Virus record (IMG/VR): IMGVR_UViG_2534681773_000018
Origin: a virus
Taxonomy: Duplodnaviria > Heunggongvirae > Uroviricota > Caudoviricetes
DNA: 17,705 bases
Reading direction: 5' to 3' (one strand)
Position numbers and translations under genes: made by a program. Shown one piece after another: positions 1-10,107 of the stretch. The notes beneath the pieces are model-generated. The model was not told the origin of the DNA. It saw only the letters and a list, made by a program, of their open reading frames with translations, and made no database searches. How positions within the stretch are numbered: the first letter of the stretch is position 1; every line of letters begins with the position of its first letter.

Positions 1-579
1 ATTGCACAGAATATGGCGGCGATGCTGACCGGCAGTGAGCAGAACTGGCGCAGCTTCACCCGTTCCGTGCTGTCCATGATGACAGAAATTCTGCTTAAGC
101 AGGCAATGGTGGGGATTGTCGGGAGTATCGGCAGCGCCATTGGCGGGGCTGTTGGTGGCGGCGCATCAGCGTCAGGAGGTACAGCCATTCAGGCTGCTGC
201 GGCGAAATTCCATTTTGCGACCGGGGGATTTACGGGAACCGGCGGCAAATATGAGCCAGCGGGGATTGTTCACCGTGGTGAATTTGTCTTCACGAAGGAG
301 GCAACCAGCCGGATTGGCGTGGGGAATCTCTACCGGCTGATGCGCGGCTATGCCACCGGTGGTTATGTCGGTACACCGGGCAGTCTGGCTGACAGCCGGT
401 CGCAGGCGTCCGGGACGTTTGAGCAGAATAACCATGTGGTGATTAACAACGACGGCACGAACGGGCAGATAGGTCCGGCTGCTCTGAAGGCGGTGTATGA
501 CATGGCCCGCAAGGGTGCCCGTGATGAAATTCAGACACAGATGCGTGATGGTGGCCTGTTCTCCGGAGGTGGACGATGA
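1..579 (+). CDS. H: Tail tape measure protein (lambda gpH-like), C-terminal part; 5' end lies outside the window
   Basis: Frame is open from position 1 with no upstream stop in the window; stop TGA 577-579 overlaps the ATG of the next gene (ATGA). Gly/Ala-rich C-terminus. Sits immediately upstream of the M-L-K-I-J block, as H does in lambda. Confidence 0.75.
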   Translation: MAQNMAAMLTGSEQNWRSFTRSVLSMMTEILLKQAMVGIVGSIGSAIGGAVGGGASASGGTAIQAAAAKFHFATGGFTGTGGKYEPAGIVHRGEFVFTKEATSRIGVGNLYRLMRGYATGGYVGTPGSLADSRSQASGTFEQNNHVVINNDGTNGQIGPAALKAVYDMARKGARDEIQTQMRDGGLFSGGGR

Positions 580-905
580 AGACCTTCCGCTGGAAAGTGA
601 AACCCGGTATGGATGTGGCTTCGGTCCCTTCTGTCAGGGAGGTGCGCTTTGGTGATGGCTATTCCCAGCGTGCGCCTGCCGGGCTGAACGCTGACCTGAA
701 AACGTACAGCGTGACGCTGTCTGTCTCCCGTGAGGAGGCCACGGCGCTGGAGTCGTTTCTGGCTGAGCACGGGGGCTGGAAGGCCTTTCTGTGGACGCCG
801 CCTTATGGTTACAGGCAGATAAAGGTGACCTGCGCAAAATGGTCGTCGCAGGTCAGTATGTTGCGTGTTGAGTTCAGCGCAGAGTTTAAACAGGTGGTGA
901 ACTGA
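576..905 (+). CDS. M: Minor tail protein M (lambda gpM-like), 109 aa
   Basis: ATG 576 overlaps the H stop. 109-aa product beginning MKTFRWKVKPGMDVASVP, same length as lambda gpM and near-identical to it as I recall it. Stop overlaps the L start (TGATG). Confidence 0.93.
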   Translation: MKTFRWKVKPGMDVASVPSVREVRFGDGYSQRAPAGLNADLKTYSVTLSVSREEATALESFLAEHGGWKAFLWTPPYGYRQIKVTCAKWSSQVSMLRVEFSAEFKQVVN

Positions 906-1603
906 TGCAGGATATCCGGCAGGAAACACTGAATGAATGCACCCGTGCGGAGCAGTCGGCCAGCGTGGTGCTCTGGGAAATCGATCTGACAGAGGTCGGT
1001 GGTGAACGTTATTTTTTCTGTAATGAGCAGAACGAAAAAGGTGAGCCGGTTACCTGGCAGGGGCGGCAGTATCAGGCATACCCCATTCAGGGGACAGGAT
1101 TTGAACTGAACGGCAAGGGCAGTGCTGCCCGTCCGACACTGACGGTTTCTAACCTGCACGGCATGGTCACGGGGATGGCGGAAGACCTGCAGAGTCTGGT
1201 CGGCGGAACGGTGGTCAGGCGTAAGGTTTACGCCCGTTTTCTGGATGCGGTGAACTTCGTCAACGGAAACAGTGACGCCGATCCGGAGCAGGAGGTGATC
1301 AGCCGCTGGCGCATCGAGCAGTGCAGCGAACTGAGCGCGGTGAGTGCCTCCTTTGTACTGTCCACGCCGACGGAAACGGATGGCGCTGTTTTTCCGGGAC
1401 GTATCATGCTGGCCAACACCTGCACCTGGACCTATCGCGGTGACGAGTGCGGTTATAGCGGTCCGGCTGTCGCGGATGAATATGACCAGCCAACGTCCGA
1501 TATCACGAAGGATAAATGCAGCAAATGCCTGAGCGGTTGTAAGTTCCGCAATAACGTCGGCAACTTTGGCGGCTTCCTTTCCATTAACAAACTTTCGCAG
1601 TAA
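905..1603 (+). CDS. L: Minor tail protein L (lambda gpL-like), 232 aa, with C-terminal Cys cluster
   Basis: 232-aa product beginning MQDIRQETLNECTRAEQSASVVLWEIDL, matching lambda gpL in length and sequence. C-terminal cysteines (CTWTYRGDECGYSG ... KCSKCLSGC) fit the reported Fe-S site of gpL. Confidence 0.93.
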   Translation: MQDIRQETLNECTRAEQSASVVLWEIDLTEVGGERYFFCNEQNEKGEPVTWQGRQYQAYPIQGTGFELNGKGSAARPTLTVSNLHGMVTGMAEDLQSLVGGTVVRRKVYARFLDAVNFVNGNSDADPEQEVISRWRIEQCSELSAVSASFVLSTPTETDGAVFPGRIMLANTCTWTYRGDECGYSGPAVADEYDQPTSDITKDKCSKCLSGCKFRNNVGNFGGFLSINKLSQ

Positions 1604-1608
1604 ATCCC

Positions 1609-2352
1609 ATGACACAGACAGAATCAGCGATTCTGGCGCACGCCCGGCGATGTGCGCCAGCGGAGTCGTGCGGCTTCGTGGTAAGCACGCCGGAGGGGGA
1701 AAGATATTTCCCCTGCGTGAATATCTCCGGTGAGCCGGAGGCGTATTTCCGTATGTCGCCGGAAGACTGGCTGCAGGCAGAAATGCAGGGGGAGATTGTG
1801 GCGCTGGTCCACAGCCACCCCGGTGGTCTGCCCTGGCTGAGTGAGGCCGACCGGCGGCTGCAGGTGCAGAGTGATTTGCCGTGGTGGCTGGTCTGCCGGG
1901 GTGAGATTCATAAGTTCCGCTGTGTGCCGCATCTCACCGGGCGGCGCTTTGAGCACGGTGTGACGGACTGTTACACACTGTTCCGGGATGCTTATCATCT
2001 GGCGGAGATTGAGATGCCGGATTTTGTGCGTGAGGATGACTGGTGGCGTAACGGTCAGAATCTCTATCTGGATAATCTGGAGGCCACAGGGCTGTATCAG
2101 GTGCCGTTGTCAGCGGCGCAGCCGGGCGATGTGCTGCTGTGCTGTTTTGGTTCATCGGTGCCGAATCACGCCGCTATTTACTGTGGTGACGGCGAGCTGC
2201 TGCACCATATTCCTGAACAACTGAGTAAACGGGAGAGGTATACCGACAAATGGCAGCGACGCACACACTCCCTCTGGCGTCACCGGGAATGGCACGCATC
2301 TGCCTTTACGGGGATTTGCAACGATTTGGCCGCCGCATCGACCTTCGTGTGA
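1609..2352 (+). CDS. K: Tail tip assembly protein K (lambda gpK-like): JAB/MPN (JAMM) domain plus NlpC/P60-like domain
   Basis: 247-aa ORF starting 6 nt after the L stop. Contains a JAMM-type motif HSHPGGLPWLSEAD (H-x-H-x7-S-x2-D) and a C-terminal region with Cys/His residues (GVTDCYTLF, PNHAAIYCGDGELLHH) typical of NlpC/P60. Its 3' end overlaps the I start by about 100 nt in another frame, as K and I do in lambda. Confidence 0.9.
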   Translation: MTQTESAILAHARRCAPAESCGFVVSTPEGERYFPCVNISGEPEAYFRMSPEDWLQAEMQGEIVALVHSHPGGLPWLSEADRRLQVQSDLPWWLVCRGEIHKFRCVPHLTGRRFEHGVTDCYTLFRDAYHLAEIEMPDFVREDDWWRNGQNLYLDNLEATGLYQVPLSAAQPGDVLLCCFGSSVPNHAAIYCGDGELLHHIPEQLSKRERYTDKWQRRTHSLWRHREWHASAFTGICNDLAAASTFV

Positions 2353-2921
2353 AAACGGGGGCTGAAGCCATCCGCGCACTGGCCACACAGCTCCCGGCGT
2401 TTCGTCAGAAACTGAGCGACGGCTGGTATCAGGTACGGATTGCCGGGCGGGACGTCAGCGCGTCCGGGTTAACGGCGCAGTTACATGAGACTCTGCCTGA
2501 CGGCGCTGTGATTCATATTGTTCCCAGAGTCGCCGGGGCCAAGTCAGGTGGCGTATTCCAGATTGTCCTGGGGGCTGCAGCCATTGCCGGATCATTCTTT
2601 ACCGCCGGAGCCACCCTTGCAGCATGGGGGGCAGCCATTGGGGCCGGTGGTATGACCGGCATCCTGTTTTCTCTCGGTGCCAGTATGGTGCTCGGTGGTG
2701 TGGCGCAGATGCTGGCACCGAAAGCCAGAACTCCCCGTACACAGACAACGGATAACGGTAAGCAGAACACCTATTTCTCCTCACTGGATAACATGGTTGC
2801 CCAGGGCAATGTTCTGCCTGTTCTGTACGGGGAAATGCGCGTGGGGTCTCGCGTGGTTTCTCAGGAGATCAGCACGGCAGACGAAGGGGATGGTGGTCAG
2901 GTTGTGGTGATTGGTCGCTGA
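2250..2921 (+). CDS. I: Tail tip assembly protein I (lambda gpI-like), 223 aa
   Basis: 223-aa product beginning MAATHTLPLASPGMARICLYGDLQRFGRRIDLRVKTG with a hydrophobic Gly/Ala-rich central segment, matching lambda gpI in length and sequence; position between K and J. Confidence 0.92.
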   Translation: MAATHTLPLASPGMARICLYGDLQRFGRRIDLRVKTGAEAIRALATQLPAFRQKLSDGWYQVRIAGRDVSASGLTAQLHETLPDGAVIHIVPRVAGAKSGGVFQIVLGAAAIAGSFFTAGATLAAWGAAIGAGGMTGILFSLGASMVLGGVAQMLAPKARTPRTQTTDNGKQNTYFSSLDNMVAQGNVLPVLYGEMRVGSRVVSQEISTADEGDGGQVVVIGR

Positions 2922-2937
2922 TGAAAAACGTTTATGT

Positions 2938-2962
2938 GAAACCGCCTGCGGGCGGTTTTGTC
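2938..2962 (+). other. Stem-loop in the I-J intergenic spacer (aaaccgcc-tgcg-ggcggtttt)
   Basis: Inverted repeat ccgcc / ggcgg with a 4-nt loop, followed by a short T-rich stretch, 20 nt upstream of the J ATG. Could be an attenuator or RNA-processing/translation-control structure; function not established. Confidence 0.3.
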
Positions 2963-2980
2963 GTTTATGGAGCGTGACGA

Positions 2981-5900
2981 ATGGGTAAAGGCAGCAGTAA
3001 GGGGCATACCCCGCGCGAAGCGAAGGACAACCTGAAGTCCACGCAGCTGCTGAGTGTGATCGATGCCATCAGCGAAGGGCCGATTGAAGGTCCGGTGGAT
3101 GGATTAAAAAGCGTGCTGCTGAACAGTACGCCGGTGCTGGACAGTGAGGGGAATACCAATATCTCCGGTGTCACGGTGGTGTTCCGGGCCGGTGAGCAGG
3201 AGCAGACACCGCCGGAGGGATTTGAATCCTCCGGCTCCGAGACGGTGCTGGGTACGGAAGTGAAATATGACACGCCGATCACCCGCACCATCACGTCGGC
3301 AAACATCGACCGTCTGCGCTTTACCTTCGGTGTGCAGGCACTGGTGGAAACCACCTCAAAGGGGGACAGGAATCCGTCGGAAGTCCGCCTGCTGGTTCAG
3401 ATACAGCGTAATGGTGGCTGGGTGACGGAAAAAGACATCACCATTAAGGGCAAAACCACCTCGCAGTATCTGGCCTCGGTGGTGGTGGATAACCTGCCGC
3501 CGCGCCCGTTCAATATCCGGATGCGCAGGATGACGCCGGACAGCACCACAGACCAGCTGCAGAACAAAACGCTCTGGTCGTCATACACCGAAATCATCGA
3601 TGTGAAACAGTGCTACCCGAACACGGCACTGGTCGGCGTACAGGTGGACTCGGAGCAGTTCGGCAGCCAGCAGGTGAGCCGTAATTATCATCTGCGCGGG
3701 CGTATTCTGCAGGTGCCGTCGAACTATAACCCGCAGACGCGGCAATACAGCGGTATCTGGGACGGAACGTTTAAACCAGCATACAGCAACAACATGGCCT
3801 GGTGTCTGTGGGATATGCTGACCCATCCGCGCTACGGCATGGGGAAACGTCTTGGTGCGGCGGATGTGGATAAATGGGCGCTGTATGTCATCGGCCAGAA
3901 TTGCGACCAGTCGGTGCCGGACGGCTTTGGCGGCACGGAGCCGCGCATCACCTGTAATGCCTGGCTGACCACACAGCGCAAGGCGTGGGATGTGCTCAGT
4001 GATTTCTGCTCGGCGATGCGCTGTATGCCGGTATGGAACGGGCAGACGCTGACGTTCGTGCAGGACCGACCATCAGATAAGGTGTGGACCTATAACCGCA
4101 GTAATGTGGTGATGCCGGATGATGGCGCGCCGTTCCGCTACAGCTTCAGCGCCCTGAAGGACCGCCATAATGCCGTTGAGGTGAACTGGATTGACCCGAA
4201 TAACGGCTGGGAGACGGCGACAGAGCTTGTGGAGGACACGCAGGCCATTGCCCGTTACGGTCGTAACGTCACGAAGATGGATGCCTTTGGCTGTACCAGC
4301 CGGGGGCAGGCACACCGCGCCGGGCTGTGGCTGATTAAAACAGAACTGCTGGAGACGCAGACCGTGGATTTCAGCGTGGGTGCTGAAGGGCTTCGCCATG
4401 TACCGGGCGATGTCATTGAAATCTGCGATGATGACTATGCCGGTATCAGCACCGGTGGGCGCGTGCTGGCGGTAAACAGCCAGACCCGGACGCTGACGCT
4501 CGACCGTGAAATCACGCCGCCATCCTCCGGTACCACGCTGATAAGCCTGGTTGACGGAAGTGGCAATCCGATCAGCGTGGAGGTTCAGTCCGTCACCGAC
4601 GGCGTGAAGGTGAAAGTGAGCCGTGTTCCTGACGGCGTTGCAGAATACAGTGTGTGGGGGCTGAAGTTGCCGACGTTGCGCCAGCGCCTGTTCCGCTGTG
4701 TGAGTATCCGTGAGAACGATGACGGCACGTATGCTATCACCGCCGTGCAGCATGTACCGGAAAAAGAAGCCATCGTGGATAACGGGGCGCACTTTGACGG
4801 CGACCAGAGCGGCACGGTGAATGGTGTCACGCCGCCAGCGGTGCAGCACCTGACTGCCGAAGTCACCGCAGACAGCGGGGAATATCAGGTGCTGGCGCGC
4901 TGGGACACACCGAAGGTGGTGAAGGGCGTGAGCTTCCTGCTCCGTCTGACCGTAACAGCGGACGACGGCAGTGAGCGGCTGGTCAGCACGGCCCGGACGA
5001 CGGAAACCACATACCGCTTCACACAACTGGCGTTGGGGAACTACAGGCTGACAGTCCGGGCGGTAAATGCGTGGGGACAGCAGGGCGATCCGGCATCGGT
5101 ATCGTTCCGGATTGCCGCACCGGCAGCGCCGTCTCGGATTGAGCTGACACCGGGCTATTTTCAGATAACCGCCACGCCGCATCTTGCGGTTTATGACCCG
5201 ACGGTACAGTTTGAGTTCTGGTTCTCGGAAAAACGGATTGCGGATATCAGGCAGGTTGAAACCAGCGCGCGTTATCTTGGTACGGCACTGTACTGGATAG
5301 CCGCCAGTATCAATATCAAACCGGGCCATGATTATTATTTTTACGTTCGCAGTGTGAACACCGTTGGCAAATCGGCATTCGTGGAGGCTGTCGGTCAGCC
5401 GAGTGATGATGCATCAGGCTATCTGGATTTTTTCAAAGGCGAGATAGGGAAAACCCATCTGGCTCAGGAGCTGTGGACGCAGATTGATAACGGTCAGCTT
5501 GCGCCTGACCTGACTGAAATCAGGACGTCCATAACGGATGTCAGCAATGAAATAACACAGACCGTCAATAAGAAACTGGAAGACCAGAGTGCAGCGATCC
5601 AGCAGATACAGAAGGTTCAGGTTGATACAAATAATAACCTGAACAGCATGTGGGCAGTGAAGCTGCAGCAGATGCAGGACGGACGCCTTTATATTGCGGG
5701 TATCGGTGCCGGTATTGAGAACACCCCTGACGGCATGCAGAGTCAGGTGCTGCTGGCAGCAGACAGGATTGCGATGATTAATCCTGCGAATGGCAACACA
5801 AAGCCGATGTTTGTTGGTCAGGGCGATCAGATATTCATGAATGAAGTGTTCCTGAAACGCCTGACGGCCCCCACCATTACCAGCGGCGGTAATCCTCCGG

Positions 5901-6478
5901 CATTTTCCCTGACATCAGACGGGAGACTGACGGCGAAAAATGCGGATATCAGTGGCAGTGTGAATGCGAACTCAGGAACGCTCAACAATGTCACGATTAA
6001 CCAGAACTGTACGATTAAGGGCATGCTGGAGGCGACCCAGGTCAGAGGAGATTTCGTTAAAGCTGTATCAAAAGCCTTCCCGAAAAAAGTCGGTACGTGG
6101 GGTAACACGGAAACACCAAACGGTACGGTTACAGTCACCATCAGCGATGATCATAACTTTGACCGCCAGATTATTATTCCGCCCATTATTTTTAACGGTA
6201 TAGCGTATGACGATCCGGGGAGCGGAAATAACCCAGGAGGCACGCGATACACGGGTTATGGTTTTGAAGTTCGCAAAAACGGCGTATTAATCGCATCCAG
6301 AGAAACTAAAGGGGCCATTCCCGGTAGTTACAGTGCAGTTATTGATATGCCGAGTGGCAGGGGAAGCGTCACTCTGGAGTTTAAGATTTTCCAGAAAGGC
6401 AATCAGGGGGCAGGCAATATCACCGACTGTACGGTGATTGTGACCAAAAAAGCCGCTTCCGGCATCAGTATTCGTTGA
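2981..6478 (+). CDS. J: Tail tip attachment / host specificity protein J (lambda gpJ-like), 1165 aa
   Basis: 1165-aa ORF beginning [54 protein letters not shown], matching the lambda gpJ N-terminal and central regions. The C-terminal third (receptor-binding region) differs from what I recall for lambda J. Immediately followed by an intrinsic terminator. Confidence 0.93.
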   Translation: MGKGSSKGHTPREAKDNLKSTQLLSVIDAISEGPIEGPVDGLKSVLLNSTPVLDSEGNTNISGVTVVFRAGEQEQTPPEGFESSGSETVLGTEVKYDTPITRTITSANIDRLRFTFGVQALVETTSKGDRNPSEVRLLVQIQRNGGWVTEKDITIKGKTTSQYLASVVVDNLPPRPFNIRMRRMTPDSTTDQLQNKTLWSSYTEIIDVKQCYPNTALVGVQVDSEQFGSQQVSRNYHLRGRILQVPSNYNPQTRQYSGIWDGTFKPAYSNNMAWCLWDMLTHPRYGMGKRLGAADVDKWALYVIGQNCDQSVPDGFGGTEPRITCNAWLTTQRKAWDVLSDFCSAMRCMPVWNGQTLTFVQDRPSDKVWTYNRSNVVMPDDGAPFRYSFSALKDRHNAVEVNWIDPNNGWETATELVEDTQAIARYGRNVTKMDAFGCTSRGQAHRAGLWLIKTELLETQTVDFSVGAEGLRHVPGDVIEICDDDYAGISTGGRVLAVNSQTRTLTLDREITPPSSGTTLISLVDGSGNPISVEVQSVTDGVKVKVSRVPDGVAEYSVWGLKLPTLRQRLFRCVSIRENDDGTYAITAVQHVPEKEAIVDNGAHFDGDQSGTVNGVTPPAVQHLTAEVTADSGEYQVLARWDTPKVVKGVSFLLRLTVTADDGSERLVSTARTTETTYRFTQLALGNYRLTVRAVNAWGQQGDPASVSFRIAAPAAPSRIELTPGYFQITATPHLAVYDPTVQFEFWFSEKRIADIRQVETSARYLGTALYWIAASINIKPGHDYYFYVRSVNTVGKSAFVEAVGQPSDDASGYLDFFKGEIGKTHLAQELWTQIDNGQLAPDLTEIRTSITDVSNEITQTVNKKLEDQSAAIQQIQKVQVDTNNNLNSMWAVKLQQMQDGRLYIAGIGAGIENTPDGMQSQVLLAADRIAMINPANGNTKPMFVGQGDQIFMNEVFLKRLTAPTITSGGNPPAFSLTSDGRLTAKNADISGSVNANSGTLNNVTINQNCTIKGMLEATQVRGDFVKAVSKAFPKKVGTWGNTETPNGTVTVTISDDHNFDRQIIIPPIIFNGIAYDDPGSGNNPGGTRYTGYGFEVRKNGVLIASRETKGAIPGSYSAVIDMPSGRGSVTLEFKIFQKGNQGAGNITDCTVIVTKKAASGISIR

Positions 6479-6499
6479 AATATTTATAACCCCAATAAA

Positions 6500-6524
6500 G
6501 GGCGTCAGGAATGACGCCTTTTTT
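6500..6524 (+). terminator. Rho-independent terminator downstream of J
   Basis: Stem ggcgtca (6501-6507) / tgacgcc (6512-6518) with loop ggaa, followed by TTTTTT (6519-6524). Confidence 0.7.
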
Positions 6525-6548
6525 ATTGCAGAAAAGCGAGAGGTAATT

Positions 6549-7148
6549 ATGCGTAAAGTTTGTGCAGCAATTTTGTCCGCAGCCATTTGTCTGGCCGTAT
6601 CCGGTGCGCCTGCATGGGCGTCTGAACATCAGTCCACGCTGAGCGCGGGGTATCTTCATGCCTCGACGAACGTCCCCGGCAGCGATGATCTGAACGGGAT
6701 TAACGTGAAATACCGTTATGAGTTTACGGACACACTGGGGCTGGTGACGTCATTCAGCTATGCAGGAGACAAGAATCGCCAGCTGACCCGTTACAGCGAT
6801 ACCCGCTGGCATGAAGATTCCGTTCGTAACCGCTGGTTCAGCGTAATGGCGGGGCCGTCTGTGCGCGTGAATGAATGGTTCAGCGCGTATGCGATGGCGG
6901 GTGTAGCTTACAGCCGTGTGTCGACTTTCTCCGGGGATTATCTTCGCGTAACTGACAACAAGGGGAAAAAGCACGATGTGCTGACCGGAAGTGATGACGG
7001 TCGCCACAGCAACACGTCTCTGGCGTGGGGGGCTGGCGTGCAGTTTAACCCGACCGAATCCGTGGCCATTGATATTGCTTATGAATGCTCCGGCAGTGGC
7101 GACTGGCGCACTGACGGTTTCATCGTGGGTGTCGGTTATAAATTCTGA
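6549..7148 (+). CDS. lom: Lom-family outer membrane protein (Ail/Lom/OmpX beta-barrel), 199 aa, prophage moron
   Basis: Signal-peptide-like N-terminus (MRKVCAAILSAAICLAVSGAPAWA), C-terminal GVGYKF beta-barrel terminus with terminal Phe, position directly after J as in lambda. Preceded by GAGAGG ribosome-binding site and flanked by terminators on both sides. Confidence 0.9.
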   Translation: MRKVCAAILSAAICLAVSGAPAWASEHQSTLSAGYLHASTNVPGSDDLNGINVKYRYEFTDTLGLVTSFSYAGDKNRQLTRYSDTRWHEDSVRNRWFSVMAGPSVRVNEWFSAYAMAGVAYSRVSTFSGDYLRVTDNKGKKHDVLTGSDDGRHSNTSLAWGAGVQFNPTESVAIDIAYECSGSGDWRTDGFIVGVGYKF

Positions 7149-7175
7149 TTAGCCAGGTAACACAGTGTTATGACA

Positions 7176-7201
7176 GCCCGCCGGTTCAGGCGGGCTTTTT
7201 T
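7176..7201 (+). terminator. Rho-independent terminator downstream of lom
   Basis: Stem gcccgcc (7176-7182) / ggcgggc (7189-7195), loop ggttca, followed by TTTTTT (7196-7201). Confidence 0.7.
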
Positions 7202-7212
7202 GTGGGGTGAAT

Positions 7213-10107
7213 ATGGCAGTAAAGATTTCAGGTGTACTGAAAGACGGCACAGGAAAACCGGTACAGAACTGCACAATCCAGCTGAAAGCAAAACGTAACA
7301 GCACCACGGTGGTGGTGAACACGCTGGCCTCAGAAAATCCGGATGAAGCCGGGCGTTACAGCATGGACGTTGAGTACGGGCAGTACAGCGTTATTCTGTT
7401 GGTGGAGGGATTCCCGCCGTCACATGCCGGGACCATCACCGTGTATGAAGATTCCCGACCCGGTACGCTGAATGATTTTCTCGGTGCCATGACGGAGGAT
7501 GATGCCCGTCCTGAGGCACTGCGCCGTTTTGAACTGATGGTGGAAGAGGTGGCGCGTAACGCGTCCGCGGTGGCACAGAACACGGCAGCCGCGAAGAAGT
7601 CAGCCAGCGATGCCAGCACATCAGCCCGTGAGGCGGCAACCCATGCGACTGATGCTGCAGATTCAGCACGTGCAGCCAGCACGTCAGCCGGACAGGCCGC
7701 TTCGTCGGCTCAGTCAGCGTCTTCCAGCGCAGGAACGGCATCAACAAAGGCCACTGAAGCCTCAAAAAGTGCTGCCGCTGCAGAGTCCTCAAAAAGCGTG
7801 GCAGCTACCAGTGCCGGTGCGGCGAAAACGTCAGAAACGAATGCCGCAGCGTCAGAACAATCAGCCGCCACTTCTGCATCCACCGCGACCACGAAAGCGT
7901 CAGAAGCTGCCACCTCAGCCCGGGATGCGGCGGCCTCAAAAGAGGCAGCGAAATCATCAGAAACGAACGCATCCTTGAGCGCCAGTAGCGCAGCTTCCTC
8001 GGCAACGGCGGCAGGAAATTCCGCGAAGGCGGCAAAAACGTCCGAGACGAACGCCAGGTCTTCTGAGACGGCAGCGGGACAGAGCGCCTCAGCTGCGGCA
8101 GGCTCAAAAACAGCGGCTGCGTCGTCTGCCAGTGCCGCGTCAACAAGTGCCGGGCAGGCCTCAGCCAGTGCCACCGCCGCCGGAAAATCGGCAGAAAGCG
8201 CCGCATCATCCGCTTCAACAGCCACAACGAAGGCTGGCGAAGCCACTGAGCAGGCCACGGCAGCAGCGAGGTCAGCTTCCGCAGCGAAGACATCCGAAAC
8301 GAACGCGAAAGCGTCGGAAACCCGTGCAGAATCCTCAAAAACGGCAGCGGCATCGTCCGCCAGTTCGGCGGCGTCATCGGCATCATCGGCGTCTGCTTCA
8401 AAAGATGAGGCGACCAGACAGGCGTCAGCAGCGAAGGGCAGCGCCACGACGGCATCCACGAAGGCGACAGAGGCTGCTGGTAGTGCGAAGGCAGCAGCTC
8501 AGAGCAAAAGTACGGCGGAATCTGCAGCAACGCGCGCTGAGACAGCGGCAAAACGGGCAGAGGATATTGCATCCGCCGTGGCGCTTGAGGATGCGAGCAC
8601 GACGAAAAAGGGGATAGTACAGCTCAGTAGTGCGACTAACAGCACTTCCGAGTCACTGGCGGCAACGCCAAAGGCAGTAAAAGCAGCCAATGACAATGCT
8701 GAGAAACGTCTGCAGAAAGATCAGAACGGTGCGGATATCCCTGGCAAAGACACCTTTACGAAAAATATTGGTGCCTGCCGTGCCTTCGGTGGGTCAGTAA
8801 GCACAACAACAGGAAACTGGACGACTGCACAGTTTATCGAGTGGCTGGATTCTCAGGGAGCATTTAACCATCCATACTGGATGTGCAAGGGTTCCTGGTC
8901 TTATGGCAATAATAAAATCATTACTGATACTGGCTGCGGTAATATTCATCTCGCCGGAGCTGTCATTGAAGTAATGGGGATAAAGTCAGCGATGACGATC
9001 CGCATTACCACTCCGACCACATCCAGCGGTGGCGGAACAACCAACGCCCAGTTTACCTATATTAATCACGGAACAGATTATTCACCTGGCTGGCGAAGGG
9101 ACTATAACTCCAGAAATAAGCCAACGGCATCAGAGATCGGGGCGCTACCGTCAGGTGGAACAGCAGTATCATCAGTTAATCTGGCTTCAAAAGGTCGGGT
9201 AGCCGCGCTGACAGACAATACGCAGGGGGCAGCAGGTCTTGAGTTATACGAGGTGTATAACAACGGATATCCAACAACGTATGGAAATATCATTCACCTG
9301 AAAGGGATGACAGCCGTTGGCGAAGGTGAGTTACTCATCGGCTGGAGTGGTACAAGCGGTGCTCATGCTCCGGCATTTATTCGTTCACGACGGGATACGA
9401 CCGACGCAAACTGGTCGCCGTGGGCGCAGCTTTACACCTCGGCTCATCCTCCTGCAGAGTTTTATCCAGTCGGTGCACCAATCCCGTGGCCATCAGATAC
9501 CGTTCCGTCTGGTTATGTCCTGATGCAGGGGCAGACTTTTGACAAATCTGCATACCCGAAACTTGCAGCCGCTTATCCGTCAGGCGTGATCCCTGATATG
9601 CGTGGCTGGACGATTAAGGGCAAACCTGCCAGTGGTCGGGCCGTATTGTCTCAGGAACAGGACGGCATTAAATCGCACACCCACAGCGCCAGCGCATCCA
9701 GTACGGATTTGGGGACGAAAACCACATCGTCGTTTGATTACGGCACTAAATCCACGAATAACATCGGGGCGCATACGCACAGTGTGAGCGGTACAGCCGC
9801 AAGTGCCGGAAACCATACTCATAGTGTCACAGGCGCATCAGCAGTCAGCCAGTGGTCACAAAATGGGTCAGTACATAAGGTAGTGTCTGCGGCCAGTGTG
9901 AATACAAGTGCTGCAGGAGCGCACACTCATAGTGTCAGCGGCACAGCTGCATCTGCAGGTGCTCACGCACATACTGTCGGTATTGGTGCTCATACGCACT
10001 CGGTTGCGATTGGCTCACATGGACACACCATCACCGTTAACGCTGCTGGTAACGCGGAAAACACCGTCAAAAACATCGCATTTAACTATATTGTGAGGCT
10101 TGCATGA
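7213..10107 (+). CDS. stf: Side tail fibre protein (lambda Stf-like), about 964 aa from ATG 7213
   Basis: N-terminus [26 protein letters not shown] matches lambda Stf. The ORF track starts at GTG 7207, but ATG 7213 is preceded by a GGGG run and matches the lambda start. Long Ala/Ser/Thr-rich repetitive segment, a Cys/Trp-containing central domain, and a C-terminal region with repeated GAHxH motifs ending [11 protein letters not shown] as in lambda Stf. Confidence 0.9.
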   Translation: MAVKISGVLKDGTGKPVQNCTIQLKAKRNSTTVVVNTLASENPDEAGRYSMDVEYGQYSVILLVEGFPPSHAGTITVYEDSRPGTLNDFLGAMTEDDARPEALRRFELMVEEVARNASAVAQNTAAAKKSASDASTSAREAATHATDAADSARAASTSAGQAASSAQSASSSAGTASTKATEASKSAAAAESSKSVAATSAGAAKTSETNAAASEQSAATSASTATTKASEAATSARDAAASKEAAKSSETNASLSASSAASSATAAGNSAKAAKTSETNARSSETAAGQSASAAAGSKTAAASSASAASTSAGQASASATAAGKSAESAASSASTATTKAGEATEQATAAARSASAAKTSETNAKASETRAESSKTAAASSASSAASSASSASASKDEATRQASAAKGSATTASTKATEAAGSAKAAAQSKSTAESAATRAETAAKRAEDIASAVALEDASTTKKGIVQLSSATNSTSESLAATPKAVKAANDNAEKRLQKDQNGADIPGKDTFTKNIGACRAFGGSVSTTTGNWTTAQFIEWLDSQGAFNHPYWMCKGSWSYGNNKIITDTGCGNIHLAGAVIEVMGIKSAMTIRITTPTTSSGGGTTNAQFTYINHGTDYSPGWRRDYNSRNKPTASEIGALPSGGTAVSSVNLASKGRVAALTDNTQGAAGLELYEVYNNGYPTTYGNIIHLKGMTAVGEGELLIGWSGTSGAHAPAFIRSRRDTTDANWSPWAQLYTSAHPPAEFYPVGAPIPWPSDTVPSGYVLMQGQTFDKSAYPKLAAAYPSGVIPDMRGWTIKGKPASGRAVLSQEQDGIKSHTHSASASSTDLGTKTTSSFDYGTKSTNNIGAHTHSVSGTAASAGNHTHSVTGASAVSQWSQNGSVHKVVSAASVNTSAAGAHTHSVSGTAASAGAHAHTVGIGAHTHSVAIGSHGHTITVNAAGNAENTVKNIAFNYIVRLA
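7560..8590 (+). repeat. Imperfect tandem coding repeats (Ala/Ser/Thr-rich, recurring AAKTSETNA / SASTATTKA units) inside stf
   Basis: Recurrent nucleotide motifs such as aaaacgtcagaaacgaatgc / aagacatccgaaacgaacgc and the corresponding peptide repeats. The region has few stop codons in any frame, which produces many overlapping alternative-frame ORFs in the track. Confidence 0.6.

Noticed and set aside
4073-5329. 418-aa antisense ORF inside J, and other antisense or alternative-frame ORFs within H, L, K, I and J
   Set aside because: They fall entirely within well-supported lambda-like genes on the opposite strand or in another frame. The products are Arg/Pro-rich and low-complexity, typical of GC-rich antisense frames.
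7560-8590. Possible CRISPR-like or non-coding tandem repeat array
   Set aside because: The repeats are imperfect, in-frame, and encode the fibre shaft. There are no regular repeat-spacer units or nearby cas genes.
7356-8696. Cluster of long overlapping ORFs on both strands (for example 7710..8459 -, 7805..8572 -, 8132..8617 +, 7610..7978 +) inside stf
   Set aside because: They all lie within the Ala/Ser/Thr-rich repeat region of stf, where biased, repetitive composition removes stop codons from several frames. Their products are low-complexity (poly-Ala/Asp or Arg/Pro/Gln-rich) and show no start-site or ribosome-binding-site support, so they are frame artefacts of the real stf gene.
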